From NCBI RefSeq assembly GCF_009914755.1, contig NC_060925.1: DNA of 64,000 bases, one strand, 5' to 3'. Shown here piece after piece: positions 48,166 through 63,560 of the stretch. How positions within the stretch are numbered: the first letter of the stretch is position 1; each line of letters starts with the position of its first letter. Both the position numbers and the translations under genes were made by a program. This DNA is from the human T2T-CHM13v2.0 reference genome, Homo sapiens. The notes below the pieces were generated by a model. It did no database searches. It saw only the letters and a list, made by a program, of their open reading frames with translations, and had not been told where the DNA came from.

Positions 48166-51100
48166 CCAGGCCTGCAGGGTGCTGGGATATACTGTAAGCC
48201 CTCATCGAGCTTTTATTCTAAAGGGGGAGCCTGAGTAATTTAGATCACTCCTCTGAGGGTGGCTTGGGGACTCTGTGAGAGCAGAAGCTGTCACGCAAAA
48301 GGCCCGAGTGACCAGAGAGGAAAAAGATGGGTGGTGGAGGGACCTGGCAGGGCTGGCACAGAAGCCCCCACAGGAGGGCAGCAGGGCACCTGAAGATAGG
48401 CTCAGGAGCCAAGGGAGAAAAGAAGAAAAAGGGTGCTTTCCCTTGGTCAAATCAGCGCCCAATTCAGGGCTTAGAGCCTGGGAGGGAAACCCCTAGAGGA
48501 GAAGCTGGAGTGAGCAGGCTTTGAACCACCTCCACGCCCACCCACCATGGGCTCCGGATGAGGGATGGGGCCTGGCTCTGGGCAACAGGAACTGGAGTAG
48601 AGTCAAGGCCAGACCAGGGAGCAGGACTGAAGGGCTCCAGGAGGTGCCTGTAGCTCTGTGAGGGCCCTAATGGAGAGAAGAGTGATGTCGGAGAAGCTGC
48701 CAGAATGATTTAATCCCACTGCAATGTGGCAGCTAATGAATTTCATATCCCCTCCCTAAGCTCAGCCGCTAGAGTAGCCCAAAGACAGAGGAGAGAAGAA
48801 GAAGGAGCAGAGAGCAAGGAGGGAGCTTAGAGTGCACAGCCGGAGGGGAGGAAAGGGTTGGCAGATGGAGGAATGGGAGAAAAGTGGGAGGCACGAAGAC
48901 AGGAGGGAGAAAGAAAAGGCAGGGAGAGGAAAAGAAGAGAAAGAGCCAGAGAGGGAGGAAGGAGGAGGAGGAGGGAGGAAGGAGGAGAGAGGGAAACGGT
49001 CTCAGGTCCACAGCAATCAGAGTGTAACAGCCTCAGGAACCAAATTCCCCTTGGCCCACCCTCCCTGTGAATAGAGACAGCAACGGGAGCCCACCAGAAA
49101 CCTGGACTTAGAGGTCGCTGGCTCCCCTTATCTCTCTGTGTCTTTCCCTTCCTCCTTCTGCCCACACTTCCCCACACCTCCCCACCTCCCCTTTTTTTCC
49201 CTCTCTCCAGAAAAAACAGGAGGGAGGGTGGCTGCCCGCCCGGAGAGCTACTGCATTCAGCAGGAGCCCGGCAGATGAGTAATGCTAATGGCATAATAGT
49301 GCTAAGGACAACACCTGCCCTTCACCCAGCACCTGTCTCCAAGGAGCCCAAAGCTGTCCTCAAATCCAAATTCCACTCAAGATGGAAAAGGGCTTCTCTG
49401 TCTTCCAACAAGGATCTAAATAGAAAGAAGCCTGAATTCCAGCATGAGAGAGGCAAGGTAGATGGAAGGAAGAACTTCCCAACAAGGTCATTTTAGCTTG
49501 AAGTGCTAGGCTGACCATGACTGGGGGAATGAGGCACAGTGGGGTAGAGAGCCTTCATTTCTGAGGGTCTCTAAGAAAGCAGAGCCATCACTGTCCTGGG
49601 CTGCCTTTCCCCAGGCCCCGCACCACTTCGGTAACTCCACAGCCTTTCATGGAGCCCTGGCCCATGGAGCAGACAGTTGGGGCTGCCAGCCACCTTCCAA
49701 AACATGTTTTGCCTTTTTGCCTTCATTCTGTGGCTTGGCTCAACTGGGCCTGAAAATTCCCCACACCTGGGGTGGGCCAAGATGGGATGCTCCATTGCTC
49801 ACATAACTGTTTCCAGCCCCAGAGCCCTGCTCTGTCTTAGGAATGGCCTCCTGGAATGGGACAGCTGGCCCTGAGGCCCTGAGATTAGCAAGGGGCAGCT
49901 CCCAGGGACCATGTGGGGAGGAGGCCATGGCATGGAGGGTCTGGTCTTGCTGCTGCATGGACGCTAGTCCCACCCCAGAGTGCCTCCCAAGAAAGGGCAC
50001 CTAGGATGGTCTCCCCAGGCATGGCTGGGGTGGCTGCAATGCACTGCAGAGAGGTGACTGGATGGAAGGGGCAGCATTTGTACCCAGTAAATTACTTCCC
50101 GAGCTCGTAGCCTCGGCCTGGAGCTCTCTTGGCTAAATCCATTGTTGATGACGCCAAAGCCAGCATAAACACTAGAAGGAAACACAGTGTCTCTTGGCAT
50201 GGACACCTCATGACAGTGCTCTGGATCCTCCATCGTGCTATTTCACGAGCCACAGCCATAAAAAGTCTTTATCCTTTACTATGTACCTTTGGGGTCAGAC
50301 AGTCGTTATGGGTCCTGGTGCCCTCAGATCATCCTGTCTGCTTCCGTATTGCTCATTTGAGGCTGTGAGTAAGCTTTTAGCGCAGAAGCAAGCATGCCTT
50401 GCTCCATGGAGCACTTTGACTAGTCCCCAGGCCCCTGCTACCCTCTCTGGGCACCGACCTGGGAGGGAGAACAAGGATAAAGCCAAGCGTGGCCCCACTT
50501 TCCCACACCATCAGCTGGGAGACTCCCTTCTCTTGGCACTCTTGGGAAATGCCAGGCTGACCAGGGATACACAGCCCCTCTGCCTGAGGCATATTCCACA
50601 GAAAGGCAGAGCCAGGCTTTGTAAAGCGTGGGCGTAGGGGTTCAGGGAAAATCCATAAGTGAGTGTGTGCGAGTGGAAGGCAGAGTAAGCATAGGAACAG
50701 AGGGGTCTGCTCAGGTGGGCTGCCTGCCAGGGAAGAATGCCAGCCTAGGAGGGCTCAGGCAGTAGACAGGTAGGGAACATGGCTGGTGACATCCTGCAGT
50801 AGCAGTTCCAAGCCTGGGAGGCTGGGGAGGGAGTACATGGACTGAGCATGTTCTTGGTATTGGTCTTTGCCTCTGGCTGGGTCATTTGCTTGTGGTGGGG
50901 CAGGAGTCGGGAGGCTCACAGGCTCAGAAGGCAGCGGGGTGGGCAGACACGTGGCCCAGCCCCTGAACCCTGTGATTTGGCTCTGAACAAGGCTAGGGCT
51001 GTGCACGGGGGGTTAGAAGGAGGGGCCTGGAGAGGCCAAGAGGAAGACCAAGCACCACTCCCCGAGCTGCAGGCCAACCAGTCATTTTTCCAGACTGGCC

Positions 51101-51399
51101 AAGCAGAACAAAATAAAGGAGAAATAACAAAGAAAGGAGGCCGAAGCTTGTGGGAGAAATGAGGGGAGTGGGCGAGGGTGGGTAGCACCTGCTGGAAGAG
51201 ATGACAATTCTGTTATTTCATTGAAAGCCACAGTCTGTACCAGGCCTCAGGAGAACACCTTTCCAACCCAGTTTGACACCAGAGCTTATGTGGGCAGGGA
51301 CAGAGTCATATCATGTCTTGTTAACACACACATAAACACACACTCACTAGCTCAGAGCCTGCAGATTACCATTCATTCTAAGGGCATTTATCAGGACCG

Positions 51400-51655
51400 C
51401 ATAGACAGCGTGAATCCCAGAGTCAGGCTGCCTGGGTTCAAATCCCAGCTTCAACCCTTACTGTAATACCTTAACACTTACTGACTGTATGATAACACTC
51501 TGCTTTAGCTTCCTCATCTGTAAAGTGGGGATGGTAATAATAGCTCCTACTCCTGAGGCTGTTATGAGGATTAAATGAGCCAATGCCCTGTAAAGCACAT
51601 GCATGGCACATAGTAAGTACTCTGTAAGGGCTAGCTATCCTGACCATTATTATTT
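51400..51655 (+). mobile_element. MIR
   Basis: ctgcctgggttcaaatcccagct...tcctcatctgtaaagtgggga...ggcacatagtaag. Confidence 0.85.
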
Positions 51656-51936
51656 AATTATTTGCCAGGAGCTGGGTTTCTGCCTTGGAGACCCTTCAAT
51701 CACACAGTAGGCAGACGTGGAAACAAGAAGTAACAGTGCTGTGCAGAGCTGTGGCCCAGGGAGGCACAGTCAAGAGTGAGCTCACTCTGCCCGTGGGAAC
51801 CGAGGAGAGCCTCACACAGGAGGTAACATTTGATTTGGGCCTTGCAGGATGAATAGGAATTCCCCCAAATGGAGAACAGGAGAAAGAAGGACAGCTGAAC
51901 TCAGACTGGGCAAAGGCATAGAGGCATAAAAACTCA

Positions 51937-52536
<600 letters not shown>

Positions 52537-52711
52537 TCAGACAAACACGCTAAGAGGAGAAAGTGTTCTAGCGCTTCTCGGCTCACTGCCCGATTCCTGC
52601 TGGGGCCAGAGTGCAGGATCCTGAGCGCCTACTCTGTGTTAGAACCATGTAGGTCTTGGGACTCCAAGTAGGAATCCGGTTTGGCACAGGCCCATGGGAG
52701 CTTGTGGATAA

Positions 52712-53190
<479 letters not shown>

Positions 53191-53969
53191 GAAGAAGGGC
53201 TTTCTACATGGAAGGAGCAGTGGGCAAAGGCATGCAGAGGTGAAATCTCTTGGAGTACTCTGGCTGCTGTGAGACAGTCACATGCTTGGAGTCTAGACTT
53301 TGAGAAACAGGGCTGGAAAGGTAAGCAGGAGACAGACCATGGAGCTTGGACTGCATTCTACAGGTCTAATTATCAGCAAAGGGCACAGATCAGAATCATT
53401 CTTGACGACAGCCTGGAAAACGCACATGTATTTGAACCAGCATCTCTAGGGCTGGGGCCTCAGGCACTTTCAGGAACACTTAGGTGAATCTAACATGTGC
53501 TGTGGGCCAAGAACAATGGTCATGGGGACAGGGAACCATGCAAGGTGACCTGAGGAAGAGTCAGGTGGAGGGTGGAGGGCAGGGAGACCCATCAGGACAC
53601 CGTAGCAGTGGGCCAGGGTCTAGAAGAAAACAGTGCCATGACAGGAGAGAGGGGGCCAGCTGTCAGGCCATCGAGGAAATAGAACTGACTGGACTTGGAG
53701 AGTCCAGGGCGTGGGGAGCAGGGTGAAGGGAACAGTTGAAAGCAACTCTGTCTTTTAAGAAGGAGTAACTGAAACCTAGATCAGTGGTTCTTAACAGTTT
53801 TAAGTGCAAAGATTTCTTTTCAACTTAAAAAAGAAGTATGTGATGATAGTTGGACTTGTATGAATACATAATGACACAAAGCTACATGAATTTAAAGATG
53901 ATTTTAAATAATCTGCATTTTATTCATCACAACAGTATACATACACACAAACAAGAACATCATAGGAAG

Positions 53970-54165
53970 ACGACCTGGGTTCAAATCTTATCTCTGCCAT
54001 TACTAGATTTGTGACCTTTGGAATGTAAACTGTCTGTGCCTCAGTCTCTCACCTGTTAAATGAGTATTATAGAAGTCCCTGCCTCATTGAGCTAAGAAGG
54101 GTGGGCTAAGAAGGGTGCTTTGCCTATAATAATTCTCAAGAGGCTTTATTATTGTTACTGTTATT
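53970..54165 (+). mobile_element. MIR
   Basis: gacctgggttcaaatc...ctgtgcctcagtctctcacctgttaaatga. Confidence 0.75.
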
Positions 54166-55718
54166 CAATTTAGAGACGTTGCTTGGTGCACAAATGGATG
54201 TGGGGACCCCCAAGGTCATGTGTGGGGGTCCCTGGCAGGGCTGCCTTGCTCCTGCCCTCCTAGACCTTGTAATATGTGGCATAACTGACCACACATGTCC
54301 ACAGACTGGCCATCGTCGCAGGATGCAGTGGGACTGTGCCTGTATGAGGCAGTGTCATTACCCAATAGTCTATTACGTGGAGCAGGATGGCATTTGGAAG
54401 CTTGCTCAGGATGATACCTGGAACCTGGATATTCGATCCAGGTGCTTGTGACTTGCTGTGACTTGTGACTTTTACAACATAAAATTAAATTAGGCTGGGT
54501 TTCAGGATGATGTGATTGGGAGATCCCAGAACCTAGGAGGACCTCACCTTGGAAGGCAAAATGCCATCACCACTCACTCGAGCCTGGCTTCTGGGAGACC
54601 TAGGGAAGCCCAGAGCAGTGCTTACTGAGCAGCCCCAGGCTAGTGCTGTCTGCTAACACCAGCTGACGGTGTAGCCTTTGCACTTAGGCCTAAAAGCCAT
54701 GTCTATAGCATTCGTGTATCAGCACCCTCTTTCCCACCAGGTGTCAACAGCCCTCTCTCTGTAGGACTCTCTGTAGGACTGCTCAGATGGTCCACAAGCT
54801 GACAACCCCTCAACAGGATCACGGACAATTTGCACAGAGGGATTTAGGGGTTCTCCAGTCCGGCTGTGCTCACTGTGTGGTCGACAGATAAGTTTTATTT
54901 CTTCCTCCGCTGCCTTTGCCCTGTCCCTTCCTCTCATCGAAACAAGCAGATCAGATCTGTGGGGAGGCAGGAAGCAGAAGCCGCCCGCATGTGCCTTTGG
55001 CTTCATTTTCCATAAGCCTAGGTTCTTGGGGGCTTCTGGGCATAGACACAGTGTCTTGGCCAGAAGAAAGGGGAACATGGAAACTTCTTTCCCCAGAAAA
55101 TAAAAGGGCCCCTGGCTTTAATGTGCATGTAAAAGGAGTTGAGCTGGAGGAGAATGAGAGCCCTGAGAGAGGGAATCGGGGAGCCTGCCCCTGGCAGAGT
55201 GCCAGGCAGCCAGCATGTTTCCAGAGAGGAAAGTTCCTGCAGAAAGTTCTTGTCCCCTACATGTAGCCTAGGAAATGTCAGAGGGCTGCTCGGCCAGAAG
55301 GGGCCTGGTGGGATGGAGGGTGTGCCCCACAGCAGCATCAGCCAGGAGCCATGTACGTCCCCTCCCCACAGACACCCTCCATCCCCGTTGGAGCTGCCAC
55401 TGCATAAACCTGCCTCAAGCTGCTGGGTGGCCCCCCACGGGTACCAAGGACTGAGATGGAGTATTTCACGATCCTGGTGAAATGAGCACTTGGATCCAGA
55501 AATTAGAGAAGTGAAATGATAGGATAAAGTTGTGTTTCTGTCACTACTGAGCTGATGGACTGCCTTGAATACCTGAGACATAAAAGGAGAAAACTGAGGC
55601 TCAGGAAGGGCTGCGTAGCCCAAGGCCGCCCCGTTAGCATGGAGAGGAGGCAGAGCCAGGCCTGCAACCAAGTTTGTGAGACTCCAACTCCAGCACTGCC
55701 TACCTTAAAAATGAGGAG

Positions 55719-56266
<548 letters not shown>

Positions 56267-58479
56267 GAGGAGCCCAAATGTTCACCAAGAGAGACTGTCA
56301 ACTAAATAAATATTGGGGGGTGGGGGCAGAGAAAGAATCACCAAAAGGACCAATATGATCATCTTCAAAAGATACCTGTACCACTAAGTGAAAATAAAAG
56401 TGCATAGCTGCTTATTTGTTACTAGTGTGTACATTAAATAAATCTGTGAGGACACAAGAAACTGGCGCACGGTCCTCTGGGGGAAAGTGAGTGATGAGGG
56501 GATAGGCAAGGGAAAACACTTTTTCCCTATGCAAGCTCTTATACCTCTTAGATTTTCAATCAAGAGAATGTATTACCTATTCAAAAAATAATAACCTTTT
56601 TTTAAAAAAAGAGGGTGACAGAGAATCTCCTTGTTCAACCCTCTTAAATTCAATGAAACAGACCCCTACTGAGCACCCAGGGTGTGCCAAGCCGTTGGTG
56701 GGTGCTGTGGGTTATACCATGATGAACAGGATGCTGTCTCTGCCCAGCAGGGGCCCACTCACCCCAGGCAACCCAGGCCCCCCAGGCTGGAGGGTGGGAC
56801 AGGCTGCCACAGGACTCACACAGCTTCTCCCCCGTTATGCATTTGCCCAGACCCCACCCACCCTGGACTGGGAGCCTCAACTAGTACAGGGTGAGGGTCC
56901 GTCCAGGGCCAGCCTCTGTGGGTCCTGATGACCACTGAGCAGTTTGAGCCAAACTCTTCGGGCCCACACTGCTCCTTCCCGGCAAAGTCTCAGGACCACC
57001 ACGGGGGAGGTGGGAAGCTTGAGTACCTCCCTCCTGTACTTCTATGGAAAGAGTATTACACAATTGTGTCCTTTCTTCTCTTGCTTTAAGCACTCACTGC
57101 TTGTAACCAAGGCAGCAATTACTGTGAGGGTCAAAGAAATGGTAAGCCCCCCAGATGGATTTCGGTCTGGATGGGAAGTGTGGGCAGGTCCCAACTCTGC
57201 AAATGCAGCTGAAACCCACCAACTTGGAGAGCCCCCTCCCTCTGCTGCCTGGCCCTCCCTGCATTCTGTCTCCTAACCATGCTGCCCCTAGCCCTCTCCT
57301 AGGACCAGGCAGCAGTAGCAGCAACAATGTGCATATCTGGACTTCTCACCATATGCCCCAGCATTCACATCATGTGCCTGTGACTGTTCTCTGGCTACAC
57401 CAGCAAGAGATAAATACCTCCCCTGGGTTGAAGACACACCACTGGTGTCCCTGAGACTCTAGGAGAGTAGAGGAGGCTCTTCCTGGAGGATCCACATAGT
57501 CCCAGGGTGCATGAAGCCAGTGAATCACAAAATACTCCCCTGCCATTGCTGCCAATGATCCTTGTGTTATCTTGGGTATACCCTGGGAGGGAGATGGGGC
57601 AGATGAGAAAACCAAGGCTCGTGTGCTGAGACCTGCTCACCAGGTAGCTAGAGAACAGCAGAGTTGACATCTTAATCCAGGTTTCCTAACCCCAAACCTT
57701 ATACTCTCTCTTCACAGTATTGTTGGAAGAGCACTGAGAGGTCATTTGGTACAACCTCGTGTTTTATAAATGGCAAACTGAGGTCAGAGAGGGAGAGAGA
57801 CATCTTCAAGGTCACACAGCATGCAATGGGGCAAAGCCAGGTCCCAAGAACCTGGACCCCTGTCTACCAGGATGGCGACTGTGTTGAACTGGGAAGTGCT
57901 TGTCCTGACTAAAGGTGTTCAAATCCTTTTTTTTTTTTTTAACCAATGCTTCAAAATATACCAGTAGGGTTTGTGGGAGTGGGGAACACAGAAGAAACAA
58001 GATTGGCCATGAGTCGGTAATTGTTGAAGCTAGGTATTAGATAATGGGGATATTAATACTATACTGTGTAAATATGTATACGTTTTAAAATTTCCACAAA
58101 ACTTTTAAAAAATTAACGTGCTGTCAAAAAAAATTAGGTACTCAAGCCATATTAGGTCCACAAGCCACTGATTAGCAAACTCTATTCTGGACACTCCTGA
58201 ATATCCTGCTGGCCATGTCTATACTTCTTTCCAATTCTCTCTGCATAGCGTGGGATGCGGGAGATAGGAGAGGGAGGAAGGGAGATAACTGGCTTAGGCA
58301 GGGCTTGGAAGTTGGCCATCCATTCCCGAGAGCATAGACTCTTGGGATTTGGATGGCTGTCATACAAATGGATACAGGTGACACCCCTGCCCCTGCCCAT
58401 ACTCCACACTCCTTCCAGTCTGTCTATCCCCACAGACACTCTACCCATCATCCCTGTACCTCACTGTACTTTGCTCACC

Positions 58480-58772
58480 TTATTATTTTTTGAGACAGGG
58501 TCTTGCTCTGTGACCCAGGCTGGAGGGCACTGGCGTAATCATAGCTCATTACAGCCTTGGTCTCCTGGCCTCAAATAATCCTCTCACCTCAGTCTCCTAA
58601 GTAGCTGGGACTTCAGGTACACACCACCACACCCAGCTAATTTTTAAATTATTTGTACAAACAGGGTCCCCCCATATGGCCCAGGCTGGTCTCGAACTCC
58701 TGGGCTCCATTAATCTTCTGCCTTCGTCTCCCATAGTGCTGGGATTACAGACATGAGTCTCCGTGCCCAGCC
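58480..58772 (-). mobile_element. AluJ
   Basis: Diverged reverse Alu, gagacagggtcttgctctg...gaactcctgggctc. Confidence 0.9.
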
Positions 58773-59387
58773 AGTCTTTTTTGCCCTCTATCATCTACCA
58801 CCCACCATACCAAGGGAAACAAGCAAATCTGGCGTCTGATGTTCCCGGCCTGCAGAAGACGCCATATCCCATCTGGATGAGAAATGAAGCACATGAGCAG
58901 CCTGGCAGAGCCACAGTTAATGTGAACCTGGAGAGGAACCGTGCTGTCTTCCAGCAAGACCTCACCAGCAGGGCGTGAAGCCATGAGATCTGGGGTGGAA
59001 GGGGGTTGGAGAAAGGTCTGGGTTTTATTTTTCCTTCTCCTTTTCTTAGGCTAATTACCATTCATCGCAATCCCTTTCCTAAACCCTAATATCTTCCCAG
59101 TTTATAAAGTGCTCTCACATTTACAATATTTAATCTTCCCAACCCTGTGAGGTCAATATTATCCACATTTTGTAAATGAGGAAACTGAAGGTCCTCATGA
59201 TCAAGTGATTCACCTAAGACCATATAGCTTGTGGGTGGCTGAGCCCAGGGCTGCAGACCCTAATTTTAATGTTCTCTCCTCTACCCCATATTGCGGAGGG
59301 CAGGCAGGCAGTCCCCTGCCATGGGGCTCTGCAGCTCTCCATGGAACCAATAATGGAGAAGAAAATTGCGTTGCATTTTCTAAGTAG

Positions 59388-59780
<393 letters not shown>

Positions 59781-60379
59781 TGAGGGGCATTGTTAGAGGA
59801 TTGTTAGAGGTAGTGGTGTTACTTGACTGGGTCTTCTGGGGTGTTGATGTGCACAGGGGAAATTTGGATTTCCCATCACTTTGTGTGATGACCACACAGC
59901 CCCTAAATCTCACCTAAGTGTGATATGGAGAAGCTGAAAGAAGCCACTACATTGTCCACATGAGCTAGGAACAGTGACTTTAGGTCTTACATTAAATCTT
60001 AATTCTGCCTTAACTTTGCTGTGCAACTCAGGCCAGACTTCTCCCTCTCTGGTTCTCAGAACAGCCCTGGCAGCCAAACCGAAGTCATCTCCTATGCCAG
60101 CCTGAGACTCCACTCCCTTTGCAACCTCCTGGAGAAGATAACTTAGGGAAAGACTGTCACTGCTCAGAGGAAGCATCCCAAACCCCTCACTGGTTTAGGA
60201 ATTTAACACTACCGAGCAACGGCCCCAGAAGGCAAGGCGATTGTTAGGAGGAATTAAACAGGCTAGTGCTGGACCCAGCCATCCAGTCCTGGCTTACACA
60301 GAGGTTGCTTTTCATGCCTTTTCACTCTGTTAATTTGGCTTGTTTTCCAAACATGGGTCAAACAACCCCTCTCCAGAAG

Positions 60380-60630
60380 CGGCAGCAGCAGAAGGAAATG
60401 TTATTAAAAATGAGTCTGTTAGTGGGAATGGTGTGTGGATGAAGTCTTTGGGAGTTTTGGCTGCCAAATAAAGACTTTATTGTCATTCCTCCTTTCCCAA
60501 GCTCCCTCCCTCTCTCCTCCCCTCCCCTCCCTCCCTCCTCCCTCCTCTCCTCCCCTCCCTCCCTATGATCTGCCCCTCCCTCCCCCCAAGCTAACCTCCC
60601 CACCCCAATAGGATCTGGTGGAAGAAAAGT
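60380..60630 (+). promoter_or_regulatory. PRELP: TATA-less proximal promoter (putative PRELP)
   Basis: Free of interspersed repeats; C-rich CCCTCC (Sp/KLF-type) tract 60485-60600; CCAAT 60605-60609; GGAATG 60425 and CATTCC 60484; lies directly upstream of the exon. Confidence 0.65.
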
Positions 60631-60768
60631 CAGGCAAACACAAGCACGCACACACCACTGGGAGATCAGATCTTCTAGCTGGCTCTCTGCTGCCACAGCT
60701 CCGCCGAAGGGAGGGGGTGGAAGAGGAGGACTAAACTCAGAGCTGAGAGGAGAGGCAGGTGTGTGCAG
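60630..60768 (+). other. PRELP: Non-coding exon 1 (5'UTR) of PRELP, start approximate; intron 1 runs off the right edge
   Basis: ATG-free segment ending in donor CAG|GTAAGC at 60768/60769; sequence ...ctcagagctgagaggagaggcaggtgtgtgcag matches my recollection of the PRELP mRNA leader (not database-checked). Confidence 0.75.
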
Positions 60769-61979
60769 GTAAGCCCAGTTGGGAGATGGGCAGGAGACTG
60801 GGAAGAATCTTTCATCCAGTAAGTTTCCTCCAGCTCTGTCCATTTATTGATCTAGTCTCTATCCTCTCACTCCTTCCTTCCTCCCACCTCTTTCTCCTCT
60901 CAAATGAGTTCAAATTTAGTCTTCCTAACTTCTTTCCTATAGCCTCTTCCTTTTCTTTTCATCACTCTGTACCCCTATATTTGCTTACTGCAAAAGTTAA
61001 GCTTTCCTGCTGCAGATGTTTGTTGTAGCACAGAGAGCCACGCTGCACAAAGTGTTTCTACAGATCAGGTGTTTCCATAGAAACTGGACTCCAGAACCCA
61101 TTTCTTTGCACCTTTTGTGTATTGTCACACATTGTGGAAGTCACACACATCACACGGAGGCTGCACGTTCACTACCATCACCCCACACGACCATACAAAA
61201 TGAAGACATCCTGTCCATTCACCTCTGCCCTCTGCATCTGACATGCAGAGCTAGACCACATCATCACCAGACACCAGCAGACACACACACACATGCATGC
61301 ACACATGTTCCCTGCATCTTGTCTCTCGCCCTCTCACACACACCTCCCTAGCTGTAAGAGCAAAGATAAAGTACGTTTTCCCACTGAGATGGCAGAGCCA
61401 GAAGAAAATCTTGCATCCCAAGTCCAGGCCGAATAGGGAGGAGATAAGCAAGAGCGGGAGCTGGAAGGGTTTCTTCATTATTTAGGGCTTCACTGGGTAG
61501 GAGGGAGAGAAAAACGGCTTTTTCCAACCTGCACAGTGTCTTCTCAGCAGCTTTCAATTTCTGTCTCACTGGTCCAAACCACTTGGCTTTTGGAAAGAAA
61601 GAAGAAAGCGACCCAGTTCCCAATCCTTGAAGGTCCTAATTCCCAGCTCTGGGGACAGTTCATTTTTTTATTTTTTTTTCCTGCAGGCAGCCAGAAAAAT
61701 ATTTTTCTTTAAAGCCGTTCTGAAATTATTCCAACCATTTAGGTTGGCAAAAGGTCCTGTGGCAGAGGAGAAAAAAAAAAAAGGCAGCAGTTCCTTAAGC
61801 AGTTGGGGAGGGGAAAACTGAAGGGCGGCCCCTCTCCTGCTCCCCTGCTCATTCCTCTCTATTAATAGAGAGGGTCTGTCCCAAGGCAGGCGGGGTGTAG
61901 GGAGATCAGGGGTCCCACACACAGCTGATCTTCACAGTCACCTAAGGGCTGGAGAGGGAGGAGTGTGGAGGGCTTACTA

Positions 61980-62085
61980 AAAATACAGATGTCGGCTCTC
62001 ACTGCAGATCTACTGAATCGAGACCCAGGAATCTTGTTTTAATACTTCAGGAGATTCTGATGGTCCACCAGGGCTCGAGAATCAG
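61980..62085. mobile_element. MER5-like relic
   Basis: agatctactgaatc...cccaggaatcttgttttaat...gattctgatg. Confidence 0.6.
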
Positions 62086-62939
62086 GGGCCTGAGAGAGAG
62101 CTTTGCTGTAATTTTTAAGCCCAAGACTCCGGCAGTGTTAGCTGGGCAGAAGGACTGTGTCCTGGAAAAGGAGCACCAGAGTGTCCCAAATAGGCCACCT
62201 CTTTTTTGGGGAGTGGGAGTAAACAGGGAAGAGCTGTCTCCCTCTCTCCTCCTTGCAAGCACAAGCAGCCATATATACCACAGAGGAACATTCCAGTAAG
62301 AAAGTTCCCCCAAGATGGCTCCACAGAGCTTCTGTTTCCCCTCACCTGTTAATCTGCCTGCCCCAGGACCCCAGGAGCATGTGCTGGGCCCTTCCCCTGA
62401 CCCTTATAGGTCCCTGCTCCTCCTTCCCAGCAGCCACCTGTCTGGGCTCTCACAGAGGGTGAGCTGAACACTTTCTTCATGCCCCCTCCACCTCCCTAGT
62501 GGGCAATCCCATTTATTGGGCATGTGAGTGAAGCATTTCAAGGCTGGAAGGGGCAAAAAGCTGGGTGCAAAAGGCTGGGAGAAGTCAAGAATCGCAGTGG
62601 AACTCCATGGCCCACTGAGGAAGGCAGACTTGCACCTTCTGTGGCCAGTGTCCCCTCACCTGTTGCAGAAAGCATCGGTGAGAAGTTGGTGAATTAGAAA
62701 GACAGAACAAGCTTTCCCTAGGTGGCTGGGGACTTCCAGAGTCTCCTCAGTTAGTTGTTTCTGAGACCCAAGTGTGATCTCACAAGCCACAAAGGGGAGG
62801 AAGTTGCTCTGTGTGGAAGAGCTGGTACCCCACTCACAAGGATCCCTGCCTTCGAGCAGTGCATGGGGGCTGCCCTCTAGCCAGGCTGGAGGGAAGGAGA
62901 CCCCATTACTTTGAAATAATATCAACAAGACCTTAACAT

Positions 62940-63135
62940 TCAGAAAACACTCACTTTGCATGTATTAACTCATTTAACCCTCAAAACAGAAAAGAAGGTG
63001 TTAGTATCCCCATTTTATAGAGCAGAAAAGCAATTGCTTTGCCTAAGCCTACCTAGCTAAGCATCTGAATGAAGAACTGCAGGATTGGGTCTCAGATCTA
63101 TAATCACTCAAGGCATCAGACACACTCTTCTAGGC
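62940..63135 (-). mobile_element. MIR
   Basis: tattaactcatttaaccctca...atccccattttatagag. Confidence 0.7.
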
Positions 63136-63459
63136 TTTCTTCAAGGCTTGGAGATGCTGGGGGAATGGGGCAGAGGATATGGTAGGTGGCGGGCTGTCAG
63201 AGAAGAGTCGTCTCACCCTGGTTTCTTCCCCACCGCTCAGAATGGAAAACTTTCTCTTCTAAACTAGTGGCCTGAGGCCAGAAAATCTTCATTCTGTTTA
63301 CACTTTGCCTTGTGGTAGACACTGGGGAGACAGATGGTCTCTCCATAATAGTGTTATTTTTATTTTTAGCACTTTTTGATCTGTAGTGCATTTTAAAGCT
63401 GCTAACTGCACTTGCTTCTGACAATTGGGTAAGGAATATAGGTATAGGGAAGATTTTTT

Positions 63460-63560
63460 TATTCCCATTTTACAGATAAGAAAACTGAGGCCCAGAACAG
63501 GGTTCGCATCACTAGGTAGTGGCGGAGGGGTGAGAATCTTCTCTCCTAACTAGTATGCAC
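63460..63560 (-). mobile_element. MIR core
   Basis: cccattttacagataagaaaactgaggcccaga. Confidence 0.7.

Noticed and set aside
55018-55671. 217-aa minus-strand ORF (also 189 aa at 33219-33788)
   Set aside because: The 217-aa ORF starts within a MIR; neither has a clear ATG start or a recognisable domain; likely chance.
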